The notes beneath the pieces are model-generated. The model had not been told where the DNA came from, did no database searches, and worked only from the letters and a program-made list of their open reading frames with translations. The translations under genes and the position numbers were made by a program. From a virus, in the IMG/VR virus record IMGVR_UViG_3300029422_000001, positions 46,744-110,743 of that record: a stretch of DNA of 64,000 bases. One strand, given 5' to 3'. This document shows positions 1-10,240 of the stretch, one piece after another (within the stretch, counting starts at the first letter, position 1; each line of letters opens with the position of its first letter).

Positions 1-3000
1 AGGTTTTGCCGAAGATCTTATAGGTGATGATTCTAAGATCGAATTTAGAAAATACGTAGCTCGTAATGCCTTCCTTGGCCTTCAATCAGAATCAAGGATG
101 AAAGACATAGCTTCTGTCATAGAAACTCTTTCGGGGCAGCCTCGCGTGGCGGATGCGCTAAGTACGTTTTCCCGGCTGTCGGGTAGAGCGAGGGAGCGGG
201 CTATGGCTATCCGTGGCATACGGTCAAGAATAGAAGAACTTGAATCCGAAATAGAAGATCTTGCTACTCGTCCTCGTAACGTAGATGGAAAAGACCCACA
301 AGCTGAATCCATACAACGAAAAACTAAAGAATTGGAAGATCTTAGAACCAATTACAATAATTCGTTGTCTGAGTTATCAACGTTAATAGGAAAAGAGTTT
401 TCGATAGAAGAGTTGGTAAGTAGAACCGAATCTGTTTTATCATCACCTCTTTCTCCTATAAGTTCACAAGATGTAATAGAGGCCTATGATACGCTTGTAG
501 CTTTTGATGATTATTTCAATGTAAAATCAAGACAGGAAAAGAAGTTTACGGCCAAAGATAAAGCCATGAGATCCTTGGTAAATGAATACCGCAGGAGTTT
601 GATGGATTATAGGAATATGAATAACTTCTTATCTAAGATGCTTGATAAAAGATTCTTAGCTGAGGAAAACAGGGGGTTTTCAAAAGCGCTGTCTTCTCTA
701 TGGTCTACTCCTTATAAGGGGGATGACAAGGTTCCTGATTTTGCAGAGCCTAATAAAGTTGGTGAATATGACACTGATGAGGTAGTAGATCAAGCTGTGT
801 CAGAAGGTAAGATTTCGGAAGACGAAGCTTGGACTATCAAGGCTTTTATGCATGCTCTTGATAGAGTAAGGGAAGATAGGATGAAGGAGGCAGAAGATGA
901 TATAAAAGAGTCACCGCTTACGGAGTCTGTATCGGATGAAGATTATGAGGCTGCTATGGATAATCCTATTATGGTTCCGGTAGTAAGGCAGTCTATAATT
1001 GATAAACTATATACAGGTAATGCCGATCTTCTTACTGCGAGAGAAAAAGATGTGTATGATAAATACAAACAAGATTTTGATGATTATGTATCGTCTTTAG
1101 GTGATAGTCCTGTTAATCTCATTAAATCATTATCTGAAAAGGCTGACAGGCTTACAAGTCCGAGATCAGTATATGAGGAAAATAAAGCTATTATTGATAT
1201 GGCTAAGTCTAATTTGGAGCCAGATCAAAGAAAGGAGCTTGATGATGCTATTTCTTCGTATGTTGATATAATGAACAGGCGGGACAAAGGAGAGAAAGTT
1301 GACGAAGATAAACTTGCAGATTCGGTATTTACCATAGAAGATCTTGGCCAGGTTGGAAATATCACGGACCTCCTTCCTTATATCGAGCAAAACAGGATTA
1401 TTGATAAAGGTCGTATCTCTGAATCTACGTTAAGTAATTTCGGGGAGGATGATGCTAATATAGATTCTCTTGTAAATGAATTAGACGAATCTGATAATAC
1501 GCCGGGAGCCAATATAGATAGCGCCCAGAATCCAGAGACGTTGATGGTTAGAAGAATCTCTAATGATGGCAATGAAAGGTATGAAATTGCGGGTCTTAGA
1601 GCCGATAAATTTATATCTTCCATAAAATCATTGGTTCCTATTCAAATAAGCTCTGAAACGAACGCTAATGGCACTAAAAGGTATTCTCTTAACATAGGTG
1701 GAGAAACGGCTACTATAATTGAACTTCCTTATCATGCGAGATGGTCTATAGATAAAGAATCGGCTCGTGTTCTTAACCGTTACACAGATGTGTCTATTCA
1801 GGACGTGGGTAATTCCTATTCTTTGGTTTATAAGCGTCTTGATTCAGATGAGTTGGTTCCGTACAGAACGGGTGTCGGATTCGGAGAGAATGAAGTAGAT
1901 AAAATAGATCAGGAAGCATTATCTTCTTTGAAAAAAGGAGATAAGGTTAATCTCGAAATAGATGTAAATGATACCTATAATCAGTCTCTTTTTGCCGAAT
2001 ACAATGATGCTGTTCAGTCCGGCGATAAAAAAAGAATAGAATCTGCTGAGAATAAACTGGTGTCCAATATGGTTATCAAGGTCATGAGTGGGAACAGATT
2101 CGTTTCTGTTGTAAAAGCTGACACAGGGGGCATAGATGGTATAAGTAAAATAAGAAGAACGGCTTTTAACAAGTGGAAGAAAGATGCTGGTCGGTCGGCT
2201 ACCATCAGCGTCGGCACGCATGTCGTTGCCCAGACTCTTCCCGGAAGACCGGTGTTTAACATGAAGGTGAACGGTCAAGGATATGGCCAGGTAGAAAATC
2301 TCCCCATTACCGAAAAAGGTGCTGAAAAAGTATCTGATGTCGGATATGTATTAAATGGCAAAGTCGTGCTTAAGAACGGATCTAAATACACAGGCTTCCC
2401 ATTTGCTTATTCTATATTAAATGACAAGGGGAATAATTACAAAAATGTAAGAGTTCCGGTAGTTGTCATCAAAGGTAAAAACGGTCTTAATTATCTTTTC
2501 CCAGTTAGCCTACGTTCTGTAGAATCAGAGGAAGGGCAGAAATGGATGTCTTTTATAGATATGCTGCTTGAATCTGGTGATTCTGAATTGCTACAGATGG
2601 GTCAAGATGATATACAAGATCTTAATGCGTATCTAACCAAGTTAGGCCTTGATCCGGCTTCGTATCAAGTATCGTATTTGAATCCTATTTCAGGGCTTAG
2701 AAAAGCTCGTGAGGCTATAGAAAAATTATCTACGGTTCCTGATGTTGTTAAGTGGGTAGAAGATGAAAGCAGGAATGTGAAAGACATTGTGACGTCTGAA
2801 GTAGAATCTGGAATAGATTTCGAAGGTGAGATGTTTGTCGCTCCTAAGATCAGGATTCAGTTTGGTAAATCATCTTCCAGACCTAAGTCGCTTATAGAGG
2901 ATGATCTTCCTTTCTCTGATGAGGGTAAGATCGTTACTTCTAAAGAAGACGTGGATGTTTATGAAGAGGAAATGTCAGAGGAAGGGGCTGTCCGGGGGAC

Positions 3001-4693
3001 TCAGCCGGCGCCATTAGCTCAGCCGGCTCCTGCGGCACAAGCTGCGCAGTCTTTATCTGGCAAGAAGCGTACCTCCAGGAAAAACTTCTCTCTTATGTTA
3101 AACGAAATAGAATCTCATATAGAAAAAGAAGGATTGCCGTCTTATGCTAATATTTTTGATTTTATAGCAAGGAAGATTGTAGGAGGTGATTTGAGGTTTC
3201 TTCGTGAGAGAGGTAATCCTAAAAGCCTTAAGGAAGAAATGGGATTAGAACCTAAAGGAACAGTAGGTGATAAAATATCCACTCCTTCCAGTAAAGGTGG
3301 TAAGACTTTAGAAGAATATGTTTCTTGGCTTCGTTCTCAAACAGATCAGGTGGTGGTTGATTATGTTGGGCCAAGATATGATGAACAAATTATATCAGAG
3401 TTGAAAAACTTTTTGAAATATATTGATTTTGTTCCAAGCAAGGCTTTGAATTATTCTCTTAGAGTCAATGGCATGGATACCCTAAAAGAATATGGCACAA
3501 AAGAGGAAGTAGAAAAAATGGAATCTGATATCAATAGTTTGGTTTCTAAAGTTTTTCCTACGGTGGATAATAAAACTGTAGAAGATGTTTCTACTGCAAT
3601 AAAATCAAACAACTTGCCTGCCATATGGGAGCCTGTGGAAAGCCTTGATATGACAAACGAGGAAAAAATAGAGTTTTTGAATAACGTAGCAGATTTCCTT
3701 AGCGGCATACCAGAGTATGATGCTGTCGTGGAGTCTATAGAGTCAGAATCAGATAATATTTTAAATGATGGAAAAGAAGGAAGTGCAGAAGGCGGTGCAG
3801 TACGCACTGAGGAAGATGGCGATAAAAAGGGAGATGGAGAAGGCAAAGGACAATCCAGAACAAATGTCGAAGTTGAAAGAAATGTCGAATTACCTGGATC
3901 TGAAGAAGGAAGAGTAGATAACTATAGGAAGAACGGAAATAAGTTCTCTGACATTGCTGAAGTTACTTTATGGCTACTTAGAAGGGCTGCCGGTATAACC
4001 TCTATCCCGGAAGGAGAAGAGGTTTATGTAGAGGGAGATGAGGTTAATAGTATTATGACCGATATGGAATCAAGGTACGGGATAGACACCATCAACCACT
4101 CACATACGACTAAGGCTATAAGGGATCTTGACGGCGTGTCAGGTTATAAAGTAGAATACGGCTTAACCTTTTTGACATACGATCCTTTTATTAGAATATC
4201 CAATCCAAGGAAAGAATCTAAGGCTGCGAAAGACGAGCCTCGTATATCCGAAGAACCGCTTACTCACATATCAAGGGTGACAACCCCTTATTTCCTGTAC
4301 GGCGGTGATGAAGCATATACATCTGTTCCGGCTAAGGTAGAACCTATACCGGAGAAGATAATGGGTCGTAATGGCATTAAATTTGGTATGAGTGTAGTCG
4401 AGCTAACCAAATTAGGATACAAAAAAGCTGGTGGAAACTGGATATATAAATTCTATATGAACTCAGGTGTGTATGATTTGTATAATATCAGTACCGGTGA
4501 AGCGTTTAGGGCAAAACCGGATCTTGGAGTTAAGATAAGTTCCAGTGCATTCATCCGCTCTTTATCTCAATCTGGTAGAAAAATACAAAATATGATGAGT
4601 AATATGAGCCAGGAAGAGATAGATAGGAATAAGAATCTCGTAGAAGGTTCTGATAATTCGGATTCGATAAATGAGTTAAATAAGGAGTGTTGA
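1..4693 (+). CDS. Giant virion-associated protein, 5'-partial (1531 aa from first Met at 98; frame stays open back to nt 2, so more than 1563 aa)
   Basis: No stop in frame from nt 2 to the TGA at 4691-4693. Long acidic, low-complexity protein with PAPLAQPAPAAQAAQ linker. Co-oriented with the other giant ORFs. Confidence 0.8.
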   Translation, partial: GFAEDLIGDDSKIEFRKYVARNAFLGLQSESRMKDIASVIETLSGQPRVADALSTFSRLSGRARERAMAIRGIRSRIEELESEIEDLATRPRNVDGKDPQAESIQRKTKELEDLRTNYNNSLSELSTLIGKEFSIEELVSRTESVLSSPLSPISSQDVIEAYDTLVAFDDYFNVKSRQEKKFTAKDKAMRSLVNEYRRSLMDYRNMNNFLSKMLDKRFLAEENRGFSKALSSLWSTPYKGDDKVPDFAEPNKVGEYDTDEVVDQAVSEGKISEDEAWTIKAFMHALDRVREDRMKEAEDDIKESPLTESVSDEDYEAAMDNPIMVPVVRQSIIDKLYTGNADLLTAREKDVYDKYKQDFDDYVSSLGDSPVNLIKSLSEKADRLTSPRSVYEENKAIIDMAKSNLEPDQRKELDDAISSYVDIMNRRDKGEKVDEDKLADSVFTIEDLGQVGNITDLLPYIEQNRIIDKGRISESTLSNFGEDDANIDSLVNELDESDNTPGANIDSAQNPETLMVRRISNDGNERYEIAGLRADKFISSIKSLVPIQISSETNANGTKRYSLNIGGETATIIELPYHARWSIDKESARVLNRYTDVSIQDVGNSYSLVYKRLDSDELVPYRTGVGFGENEVDKIDQEALSSLKKGDKVNLEIDVNDTYNQSLFAEYNDAVQSGDKKRIESAENKLVSNMVIKVMSGNRFVSVVKADTGGIDGISKIRRTAFNKWKKDAGRSATISVGTHVVAQTLPGRPVFNMKVNGQGYGQVENLPITEKGAEKVSDVGYVLNGKVVLKNGSKYTGFPFAYSILNDKGNNYKNVRVPVVVIKGKNGLNYLFPVSLRSVESEEGQKWMSFIDMLLESGDSELLQMGQDDIQDLNAYLTKLGLDPASYQVSYLNPISGLRKAREAIEKLSTVPDVVKWVEDESRNVKDIVTSEVESGIDFEGEMFVAPKIRIQFGKSSSRPKSLIEDDLPFSDEGKIVTSKEDVDVYEEEMSEEGAVRGTQPAPLAQPAPAAQAAQSLSGKKRTSRKNFSLMLNEIESHIEKEGLPSYANIFDFIARKIVGGDLRFLRERGNPKSLKEEMGLEPKGTVGDKISTPSSKGGKTLEEYVSWLRSQTDQVVVDYVGPRYDEQIISELKNFLKYIDFVPSKALNYSLRVNGMDTLKEYGTKEEVEKMESDINSLVSKVFPTVDNKTVEDVSTAIKSNNLPAIWEPVESLDMTNEEKIEFLNNVADFLSGIPEYDAVVESIESESDNILNDGKEGSAEGGAVRTEEDGDKKGDGEGKGQSRTNVEVERNVELPGSEEGRVDNYRKNGNKFSDIAEVTLWLLRRAAGITSIPEGEEVYVEGDEVNSIMTDMESRYGIDTINHSHTTKAIRDLDGVSGYKVEYGLTFLTYDPFIRISNPRKESKAAKDEPRISEEPLTHISRVTTPYFLYGGDEAYTSVPAKVEPIPEKIMGRNGIKFGMSVVELTKLGYKKAGGNWIYKFYMNSGVYDLYNISTGEAFRAKPDLGVKISSSAFIRSLSQSGRKIQNMMSNMSQEEIDRNKNLVEGSDNSDSINELNKEC

Positions 4694-4695
4694 GT

Positions 4696-5226
4696 ATGAG
4701 AAGGAGATTTTTTAATGCTGCGGATAATTTCGTGGGAGGATGTTATAATAAGTTATCCAATGAAGATATAAAAAGGCTTGGAGGAAAAAGACCTTATGTA
4801 TGTCAGTTTAATAAAATTCATATACATATAGGACCTGTATTAAAAGATCATGATTCTGATGTTAGTTACATAATGTTTAATAGTGATTGGAATAATGGTG
4901 GTTATGAATCTATGGTTTATAATCATAGCAATAATGGTATTTTTATATTAGGTGAAAACAAAATTGGTAACATAGAAGATCATATACAAGATCTAACATA
5001 TTGGTACGAATATGATCCAAGCATTAATGAAAATCAATGTTATTTTTATTATGAGGCTAATAACAGCGGAAATGCTATCAAGTTGAATGGTGAGTTTAGT
5101 GATACCAGTACTGTTTTCAACATTCCCAGCTTGGAAGTCTCCACTCTTCGTGATGGCAGTTTGAGTTTTCCGGAGATTTATATAGAAGGAATTTGGGATC
5201 CGTCATTGTATAAGTCGGTTTTGTAA
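4696..5226 (+). CDS. Small protein with MRRRFF N-terminus (paralog 1 of 3 MRRRF genes), intact
   Basis: ATG at 4696, 3 nt after the stop of the giant ORF, preceded by AAGGAG. The track ORF 4687..5226 uses an upstream GTG. The N-terminal MRRRFxN...GG motif is shared with the ORFs at 20640 and 21263. Confidence 0.6.
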   Translation: MRRRFFNAADNFVGGCYNKLSNEDIKRLGGKRPYVCQFNKIHIHIGPVLKDHDSDVSYIMFNSDWNNGGYESMVYNHSNNGIFILGENKIGNIEDHIQDLTYWYEYDPSINENQCYFYYEANNSGNAIKLNGEFSDTSTVFNIPSLEVSTLRDGSLSFPEIYIEGIWDPSLYKSVL

Positions 5227-5252
5227 TTAACTTTGCAAAAAAGTTAATTACA

Positions 5253-7511
5253 ATGGGTGTCAAATGTCAGATAGAAAAAAAGGAAAATGAAATAAAACGG
5301 GTTAAGGCTCCTAACGGGGAGCCTTCCGTTCTTTACGAAAGTGCTTTAAAAGTATTAGGAAACAGCGAGCGGGCTCTTCAGGTATGGGCTAAGGCTTACA
5401 CTCCGGGTTTTTTGTCGTATTACGGTCATTGGAATAACCCGGCTCCAGGGGAGATGTTTAACACCGATCCCAATGGCGAACCTCTTTTAGAAGATGTGCT
5501 GTCGTATATGAAGCGTCAGACTTATTTTGCTGATCCTTTAACGGCTCAGGATGTTAAGGATGTAAGGGATTTCCTTTTGTCTACTCATTATTTTTTCAAT
5601 GCGTCTTCATTGTCTAATGCTATTCTCTTCGATTTTTATGTAGATGGCAGTTTGATACTGAATGAGCAGAAATTAAGGAGATCCGGTTTGTATGATGAAA
5701 CAGAAATAAGTCGTATTTTATCCGATCCTTCTGTTTTAAACGAGGTTTCGACTTCCATGAGAAAGTTAATAGATTCTTCTATTAACGAACATGATAGGGA
5801 AAAAGATAATTATTTTATGTCTATTGACTATCAGTATGGTCCTATTGTTTACAAGGAGGGAGTGTTTAACCAATTTGGTAAAAAAGTACCATATAATCCT
5901 TCTGAGCTTTATTATGCTATGCGTAAAACAGTAGCCGGCATAAAAAACTTTTCTGAATTTTCATCTGCTTTTGAATCGTTGAGAAACTCATACCCTGAAC
6001 TGGTTGAGAAATTCGTTTCTGATAAAGAATTTGCCGAATCTATGTTTGATGAGTTCTCATCTACGAATAAGATTCCGGTAATAAACATAGAAGGGGATGA
6101 TGTGGTGGAAGGCAAGAGAAGATCCTTATCTAAGCTACAAGATCTGTCTTATTACAATCCTGGCAAAATAGAGTTCCTAAGAGCTCGTATATCAGCTTAT
6201 TTACATAGGGCTAATGCCGACACCGAATCTGATTTAAGAAGCATGATATGGGATATAGAAGAGGCTTGTACGTGGTTTGGCATAGATATAATAGGGACAT
6301 CGGAAACTTATGATGGCACAGAAGAATCTTTGAATAAGATAGATAATTTGATGCTGGATCTTGATATTTATGTGGCCAGGCATAATGATGTAAATTATGC
6401 TCCAACGCTGGCATCTTTTATAGATGATGTTCTTGGTGATAGCACAGATTATTATTCTGAATTATTGCCGGAGTATATGGATAATTTGAATATCGTTTAT
6501 TCTGAATCCGATATAGACCCAGTAGAAGCGTTTGAGAAACATTCATTGCTTAAGGTAGGAGATAATCTATATCAAAGGATCAGCAAAGATGATATTAACG
6601 AGATGTATCAAATATCAACAGTGTTAGCCAAGCACAACCTAACTCATTTTTCTACTAAAATATATCCTGAATCTTGTTTTAAGAACGGCGTTTTGGATAA
6701 AGAGAAAGTACGGAACGTAGATAATAATACGCTCATGGATTCCATTAAAAAATACGTCAGATCGTTCATGGATTCTCAGAACACAGAGGACATGATAATG
6801 ACCAGGATGGCGTTTGGGCACCCGGAGGTACTTGACGTTCCTTACGTGGATGTGGATCGGGAGTATAGTCGATACATGAACAAAAAACAAGATAGCGAAA
6901 ATCCATTATCCTTATTCGATTTATACCAATCTTACCTTGACAACAAACTCCATAAAACAAAATTATATGATAATGCCTATAAGTATCTTGACTTCAAACC
7001 TGGTCCATCTTTGGGCCTTATTTCTGATGATCCTGATATTTTGAAATCAATAGAATTATCTTTATCTGGAAAAGACAGGTTGATGTTGTTTGATTATAGC
7101 ATGACCAGTACCGACCCTTCTTTATCAGAATTGTTTTATTTGGAGAAGTATGACCCTTCGTATGCCGGGAATGATTTTGAACACTATTTTTACACCAGGC
7201 ACCCGTATTTGTTAAAAGAAAAATCGGGCCCTAATATCGTAGAGCAAGATGGTGTTATAACAGCCGAAGGTATTTATGATAATTTTATAAGAGTAGGTAA
7301 TAAGATATGGTCTAAAGTAAGCGAGAGTAGTTCCGGCTCTATCTACCAAAATCTGACAGGAACCGAATCGGAGGTGAAATACGATTCTACCCAGAAGGCT
7401 AAGACGGTAGAAACTGATTACGCTCCATACCAAAACAGATCTGGCTTGACGCAAGATATGATCGTAAGCAAGTCTGAATTGGATGATCTTAACAAATTAG
7501 AATGCAGGTAA
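5253..7511 (+). CDS. Large hypothetical virion protein (752 aa)
   Basis: Uninterrupted 2259-nt ORF in the same orientation as the flanking giant genes. No recognisable catalytic motif. Confidence 0.75.
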   Translation: MGVKCQIEKKENEIKRVKAPNGEPSVLYESALKVLGNSERALQVWAKAYTPGFLSYYGHWNNPAPGEMFNTDPNGEPLLEDVLSYMKRQTYFADPLTAQDVKDVRDFLLSTHYFFNASSLSNAILFDFYVDGSLILNEQKLRRSGLYDETEISRILSDPSVLNEVSTSMRKLIDSSINEHDREKDNYFMSIDYQYGPIVYKEGVFNQFGKKVPYNPSELYYAMRKTVAGIKNFSEFSSAFESLRNSYPELVEKFVSDKEFAESMFDEFSSTNKIPVINIEGDDVVEGKRRSLSKLQDLSYYNPGKIEFLRARISAYLHRANADTESDLRSMIWDIEEACTWFGIDIIGTSETYDGTEESLNKIDNLMLDLDIYVARHNDVNYAPTLASFIDDVLGDSTDYYSELLPEYMDNLNIVYSESDIDPVEAFEKHSLLKVGDNLYQRISKDDINEMYQISTVLAKHNLTHFSTKIYPESCFKNGVLDKEKVRNVDNNTLMDSIKKYVRSFMDSQNTEDMIMTRMAFGHPEVLDVPYVDVDREYSRYMNKKQDSENPLSLFDLYQSYLDNKLHKTKLYDNAYKYLDFKPGPSLGLISDDPDILKSIELSLSGKDRLMLFDYSMTSTDPSLSELFYLEKYDPSYAGNDFEHYFYTRHPYLLKEKSGPNIVEQDGVITAEGIYDNFIRVGNKIWSKVSESSSGSIYQNLTGTESEVKYDSTQKAKTVETDYAPYQNRSGLTQDMIVSKSELDDLNKLECR

Positions 7512-7553
7512 TTTTTGTACATATATATAGTTTTTCCATAGTTATAATTTGGG

Positions 7554-7579
7554 AAGTGAGGCTTGTGAAAGTCTCACTT
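7554..7579 (+). terminator. Hairpin aagtgag-N12-ctcactt followed by T-rich run. Terminator of the 752-aa gene and/or a subterminal hairpin of the IS left end.
   Basis: Perfect 7-bp inverted repeat read directly, 43 nt after the stop at 7511. Confidence 0.4.
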
Positions 7580-7730
7580 TTCTCATATATGTACGTATAT
7601 CAATAACATACAAGAAAAGTTAGATTTTCATTGTTTATGAATTATTTTTATTAAGTTTGCAATATTAGTTTCAGGAAGGGATTATGGAAATAAGGAAAAG
7701 TAAAATAGCATGCATATTACTTTAATCACA

Positions 7731-7738
7731 TAATTTTG
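7731..7738 (+). promoter_or_regulatory. TAATTTTG, matching the Bacteroidota sigma-A -7 box (TAnnTTTG), upstream of tnpB
   Basis: Exact consensus match about 22 nt upstream of the ATG at 7760. Confidence 0.3.
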
Positions 7739-8968
7739 TATCATAAAGCTGATAAGATAATGATCAAAGGTTACAAATATAGATTAGATCCTACACCGGA
7801 ACAGATTGTCCAAATGGAGAAAACATTTGGCTGTTGTAGGTATGTCTATAATTGGGCTCTTGATCTTAAAATCAAAACTTATCAGGGTGAAAAACGATCT
7901 TTGTCAGCGGTTGATTTATGCAAGCAGCTAACGTTACTCAAAAAAGATGATAACCATCTTTGGCTAAATGAAGTATCTAATGAATGCTTGCAACAATCTA
8001 TCCGCTGTATGGATAGCGCTTTCACCAAATTCTTTAGAGAACATGCTGGTTTCCCAAAATTCAAATCCAAACATAGGGGCAAGAACGTTTTTAAGAACGT
8101 AAACTCTGTTAAGTTTGATTTTGAAAACAACAGAGTTAAGATTCCTATCATTGGTTGGGTAAAGTTCTTTGCCAATCGGTCTTTTGAAGGAAAGATTGGT
8201 ACGATAACAATATCCAAATCATCAACTGGTAAGTTCTATGCAAGTATCTTAATAGATGACGGAATCCCTAATCCTGACAAGTTTGTTATCAATCCCGATA
8301 CGACAGTGGGAATTGATGTAGGGATCAAGGATTTCGCCGTCCTTTCCAACGGCCAGGTTTTTAGTAATCCGAAGTATTTTGAATCTGCGCAGAAAAGATT
8401 AGGATGCTTGCAAAGAAGAATGTCTCGTAAAAAGAAGGGAAGCAACCGATACAAGAAGGCAAAGCATGATGTTGCTGTTTGTCATGAACGGATTCGAAAT
8501 TGTAGACAAGATTTCTTACATAAGGTTAGTAAGAGGATAGTAAGTGAGAACCAAACTATTATCATCGAAGATCTTAATGTAGGAGGTATGTTGAAAAATC
8601 ATTGCCTTGCTAAAGGGATTGCTTCTGCATCATGGAGCGAGTTCTTTAGGATGTTGCAATATAAATCGGATTGGCGCGGTGTTAATTTAATTCGGATTGG
8701 AAGATTCGAGCCGAGTTCTAAGATGTGCGGATGTGGGTATATCCATCGTGATCTGAAGTTATCGGATCGTGTATGGACTTGTCCTGAATGTGGTGCCGTC
8801 AATGATCGTGATTTACTTGCAGCTAATAATATTAAAAAGTTTGGGTTAGAAAAACAGAATCTTCTACCCCAAGAAAATATTAACAAGACACCGGTGGTGA
8901 ACCGGGAAGGGGACGTGGAGTTGCCTACGTTGGTAGGAACGGTGAAGCGTCAAAATGTACTGGTGTAA
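7736..8968 (+). CDS. tnpB: TnpB, IS200/IS605-family RNA-guided endonuclease (OrfB); no TnpA partner
   Basis: N-terminal KGYKYRLDPTPEQ motif. RuvC-I TVGIDVGIKDFAVLS, RuvC-II IIIEDLNVGGM and a CxxC...CxxC zinc finger (CGCGY...CPECG). RuvC-III NDRDLLAANNI. The track start is TTG; a likely ATG lies at 7760 (MIKGYKYRL). Confidence 0.85.
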   Translation: MYHKADKIMIKGYKYRLDPTPEQIVQMEKTFGCCRYVYNWALDLKIKTYQGEKRSLSAVDLCKQLTLLKKDDNHLWLNEVSNECLQQSIRCMDSAFTKFFREHAGFPKFKSKHRGKNVFKNVNSVKFDFENNRVKIPIIGWVKFFANRSFEGKIGTITISKSSTGKFYASILIDDGIPNPDKFVINPDTTVGIDVGIKDFAVLSNGQVFSNPKYFESAQKRLGCLQRRMSRKKKGSNRYKKAKHDVAVCHERIRNCRQDFLHKVSKRIVSENQTIIIEDLNVGGMLKNHCLAKGIASASWSEFFRMLQYKSDWRGVNLIRIGRFEPSSKMCGCGYIHRDLKLSDRVWTCPECGAVNDRDLLAANNIKKFGLEKQNLLPQENINKTPVVNREGDVELPTLVGTVKRQNVLV

Positions 8969-9205
8969 ACTGGCATTTAATCACCTCCTATATTTATAAT
9001 CTGATACAAAATCAAACCGGATTAAGTATCAGAACTATATCCCATGTCTTGAATCACACAAAAGAACAGGATACAGATTCTTTGTGAAAGGCATACATTT
9101 TCCTATATTTGTGTGTTCTTTAGTTTTTAGATTTAAGTTTTTCATGGTATTAGTTTAGATTAGTGTAGATCAGGGCTCGCAGTGATGCGGGCCCTGGTTT
9201 GATTT
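8850..9205 (+). ncRNA. Candidate TnpB omegaRNA (reRNA) and IS right end. Contains a GNRA-capped hairpin 9171-9196 (cagggcucgca-GUGA-ugcgggcccug) plus U-run.
   Basis: Established architecture places the omegaRNA over the 3' end of tnpB and about 100-250 nt downstream. The hairpin and U-tract were read directly. Boundaries are not determinable without homologs. Confidence 0.3.
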
Positions 9206-9374
9206 AAAAAGTATTAAAATATTTGCTATTTAAAATCCTGTTCCTGTCTTTGCTCCAGAAACAATGAACAACGAGATCCCACCTCTGGTTGTTTGATGTT
9301 GAAAGATATTTTTGGCTCATTAGGGTTTGTCATAGTGGGATCTGACATTCTCTTTTGGGCCTATTTTTTTTATC

Positions 9375-9941
9375 ATGGATAAAGTTTCTGTTTTTGAAAG
9401 TTCGGATTTTGGAGAGCTTAGAATTATTGTAGATCCAAAAGGAGATGTTTGGTTTGTGGCGTCAGATGTGGCTAAATCTCTTGGATATATAAATGCTAAA
9501 GATGCGGTAAAAAGACATGTAGATGATGATGATTCTATGCTTTTGCAAGTATCTGATAATCAATGGGGCGTAAAACGATCTATATTGAAAACCAGATATA
9601 TAGATAGTATAAGAATAATTAATGAATCTGGTTTATATTCTCTTATATTATCTTCAAAATTAGAGTCTGCTAAGAGATTTAAGAAATGGGTAACATCTGA
9701 GGTTCTTCCTTCTATTCGTAAAACAGGAGAATATAAAACAAGTTCCGGTGGAAAGGGAATTTTGGTCCCTGACTTTTCTAATCCGGCAGATGCAGCAAGA
9801 GCCTGGGCTGATCAGTATGAAGCTGCTCAGAGAGCTATAGCTGAAAAATCTCAGGCAGAGGCAGAAGCCGGCGTTCTGATGGGACGTACATGGGGTACGG
9901 TGGTGGTATTTACGACCATTACGGTATGCATGAGAAGATGA
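9375..9941 (+). CDS. Bro-N (BRO/antirepressor N-terminal) domain protein
   Basis: FESSDFGELRIIVDPKGDVWFVASDVAKSLGY matches the Bro-N signature (F..IR....G..WF.a.DVa..LG). Confidence 0.7.
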   Translation: MDKVSVFESSDFGELRIIVDPKGDVWFVASDVAKSLGYINAKDAVKRHVDDDDSMLLQVSDNQWGVKRSILKTRYIDSIRIINESGLYSLILSSKLESAKRFKKWVTSEVLPSIRKTGEYKTSSGGKGILVPDFSNPADAARAWADQYEAAQRAIAEKSQAEAEAGVLMGRTWGTVVVFTTITVCMRR

Positions 9942-10147
9942 AGGAAATGGAAGAGCGAGAAAACGAGCTGGAAGAAAGGGAAAGAAGGCTCGAAGAGCGC
10001 GAACGTCGTCATGAAATGGAAGACCGGGAATACCGGAGGATGGGTTACGAATCCTATCCGACCGATTACTATGGAGACGACAGATACTACGGTGACGGAC
10101 CTCAGATGCGTAGAGGTCGCGGACGTGGCAGAGGTCGTTCTTATTGA
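9890..10147 (+). CDS. RE-rich / RGRGRGRGR-tailed ORF overlapping the Bro-N 3' end in the +2 frame. Possible frameshift-fused C-terminus.
   Basis: EERENELEERERRLEERERRHEMEDREYRR coiled-coil-like region and C-terminal RGRGRGRGRSY. Open in the +2 frame from a TGA at about 9820. Confidence 0.35.
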   Translation: MGYGGGIYDHYGMHEKMKEMEERENELEERERRLEERERRHEMEDREYRRMGYESYPTDYYGDDRYYGDGPQMRRGRGRGRGRSY

Positions 10148-10240
10148 GGAGCAGACGCAGAGGATCCAGCTTATCAGAAATATGTAGATACTTACGGCTA
10201 CCATTTTTCTAATGCTCTCGCTGATGAGGCGGTAAAGAAG

